Shown here: in pieces, positions 61,745-64,000 of the stretch
How the letters are laid out: each line of letters starts with the position of its first letter
Numbering within the stretch: position 1 is the first letter of the stretch
From: the human T2T-CHM13v2.0 reference genome, Homo sapiens
Assembly (NCBI RefSeq): GCF_009914755.1
Contig: NC_060947.1
Length of the DNA: 64,000 bases
Reading direction: 5' to 3' (one strand)
The notes under the pieces: generated by a model
The model's database searches: none
What the model saw: only the letters and a program-made list of their open reading frames with translations
Told to the model about the DNA's origin: nothing
Program-made: the position numbers and the translations under genes

Positions 61745-64000
61745 TTTATATACAATCTGTTATTCTGTGTCTCTGGAAAACCCTAATACGTATTTTGGTT
61801 CTAATAGTGGTTACAGAAGAAAATAATTTTAAGGGTGACATTTTCTGCATTGGCTCTGAGGTTTCTGGAACTGAGTCTCTAATATGATTAGATATAAAGA
61901 CACTAATGACTCTATTTCTAGTAGTAAAGTGAGTACTTGATAGCTGTAGCAATGGAGATATGCAAAATATCACTAGTGGATTCTCCTAAACAACCCACTT
62001 ATAGCAAGCAAGGAACTGGGTGACTGTTTGTATGATATTTTCAAACATTATTATCTAAGGAGTGTAATGAGATTGGCTGTTGCTCCTAATGTCACTGAAC
62101 CTTTAAAGTAGAGAAAAAAAAGGATAATATCAGTAATTCAGATAACCAATGCAAGCACTACACAAACGATCTAAAAGCTTCTCTATGTGTTCTAAAGGTG
62201 ACCTTTATATCCTGTAGCTGCAAGGCTGAGATTGCTAAATATCAAGTACAGAATATCATTTTGCAATTGTCTCAAATACAATAAAAATTGAATTCTCAGC
62301 CTCATATTGTGTCTACAGTTAAACTTAGTGCATTGACTAGGAAGAGACCCTGGAAGTTAGAATGGGAATGTGTGGTAGGTCCCTGACGAAGCTGGGGACA
62401 TTAAGCCCCTCAATTCTGATGAAACTTCTTTGCCATGGAAGAAGCCTCTCCATCTCAGGAGTGGTCTCTCCATCATCAGTGGGAGTGGTCTTTCCACCCC
62501 CATCTGAAGGGATTAACTCTGCATTTTCTGAGTAAATTGTAATGCCACCCCTGCCCTCTCAGAGGCAATGTCTACAAAAGACAATACTGAGTCTCCTCAG
62601 AATCCATTGCTACTACCTCTCTTTGCTTTTAGACCTATAACTAGCCTGAAATCCCATCCAGCCCCTAAAAGTGAGTTACAAAGAGCAAACCTTGAGATAC
62701 ACTACACTCCAAAAGAACTACCTGTGTTTTATCATTTATATGGCAGAAATCATAAAAACATGCATTGGAGTAAAAAATAAGGGTGTGCAGTAATGGTGAA
62801 GAAACATAAAGACAGATCATGACAAAGTTATTAATATGGGCTCACTAAACAGAGATTCTACATTTTACCTTACAGGTTGGGGAGTTGGAAAGGGCTCTAG
62901 CAGTCTGTTTGCATCATTGACTAAAATATGAACTGAAAGATGGACAACAGTGAATAAATTGGAAAGCTAGACCTGCTTTGGTTTAATGTAGAAGAATCGA
63001 TTTAATGGCTTAGGATGCTTGAAATGTTACAGAGGATTTGTTTTCTGAGACCTACTCATCCACAATGAAAGAGTTTAAAGGACATATTTTTTACCACAAC
63101 TGTGAGAAATAAATTTAAGGGGAGCTTCAGCATTCTTGAAGAGCTTGTGATTTCTCTATCCATAGGTCAAAACTTAGAGTGGAAACTGTAGTCATTGAAT
63201 TGGCATTTGATCCAAGGGTGGCAGGAGCCAAGCAGTAACACTCAACTACCAAAGGTAAGATGGGGATGGTTATCATAATTGGCAGTAGAGTCAAATCAGT
63301 GATCACAATAGTCTAATTTGTGCAGATTTATGACATAGTCTAGTTGATCATGGTATTCCTAGAAGTGGAATAGACAGCCTACAGAATTCTTACTTAATAC
63401 ATATAAGCAGAACATTTCTAGGTCAGTGAACAAAAATATAACCTGAATCATAAAAACAGAGTTATAGCTCCTCAATCAATTTCCAGACTTTAGCCAGTTT
63501 ACAAATCCAGAACCCCTTAAATGAAGAAAAAGCTTGGTGCCCTTGAGGAAGGGCCCTAGTACACTGCCTAAAATCTGTACATTTAATCTTCCTCCTAATC
63601 TTCCCAAAAGAGACTTATGTCCTTTTACCAGTGAAACTGTTCATTTGGGTAATAGAAAATAATCAAATCAGGTACTACTGGACCCTGGCTATGAACTGAT
63701 GCAAATTCCAGGAGACCTAACATGCCATGGTGGTCCACAAAGAGAGTGCTTATGGGAATCAGGTGATCCATGGAGTTTTAACTCAGGTCCAACTCACAGT
63801 GGGTCCACATTGTCCCTCATGTACCCTGCAGTTATTTACTCAGTTCTGGAATGCATATTTTGAATAAATATACTCATGCTGACACAATCTCCATAATGGT
63901 TCCCTGACCTGTAAAGTGAAGTGTATTATGGTGGGTAATGGCAAATGGAAGCCAGTTTTAGGAAAATAGTAAAGCAAATGCAATATTTCATCTCTGTAGG
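61745..64000 (+). mobile_element. ERV-L provirus remnant (MLT2 LTR tip plus gag-pro), running off the window
   Basis: tctgtgtctctggaaaaccctaatac|gtattttggttctaatagtggtt junction; ORF 62568-62780 (PLFAFRPITSLKS...YTPKEL) is ERV-L gag; degenerate protease motif LLDPG near 63675. Confidence 0.88.

Noticed and set aside
62568-62780. ERV-L gag ORF as a domesticated Fv1-like gene
   Set aside because: Only 70 aa, and the surrounding gag is riddled with stops and frameshifts.

Overview
AT-rich primate genomic DNA, most likely human (AluS, L1PA3/4 and LTR12C are present), that reads as intronic or intergenic and is mostly transposable-element debris. No intact protein-coding gene is recognisable. The long ORFs in the track are L1 ORF2 remnants, Alu or LTR12C spurious frames, or ERV-L gag. 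Repeat families seen: L1 (L1PA3 down to L1ME, plus HAL1), AluS, L2, MIR, L3, MaLR (THE1, MSTA, MLT1), ERV1 (MER31 provirus, MER57, solo LTR12C) and ERV-L. Notable items: (1) a ~400-bp IMMP1L processed pseudogene (14814-15208, minus) that appears to record an aberrantly spliced transcript; (2) two clean minus-strand candidate exons (12736-12661 and 12343-12206) that splice into one open frame, on the same strand as an intact CpG-rich LTR12C promoter about 41 kb upstream; (3) a THE1C/MSTA chimeric provirus marking an old deletion; (4) four L1 twin-priming inversions of different ages. Subfamily calls come from remembered consensus features, not a database search, and the boundaries of old elements are approximate. 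I cannot support a novel biological system with certainty; the LTR12C-driven transcript is only a hypothesis.
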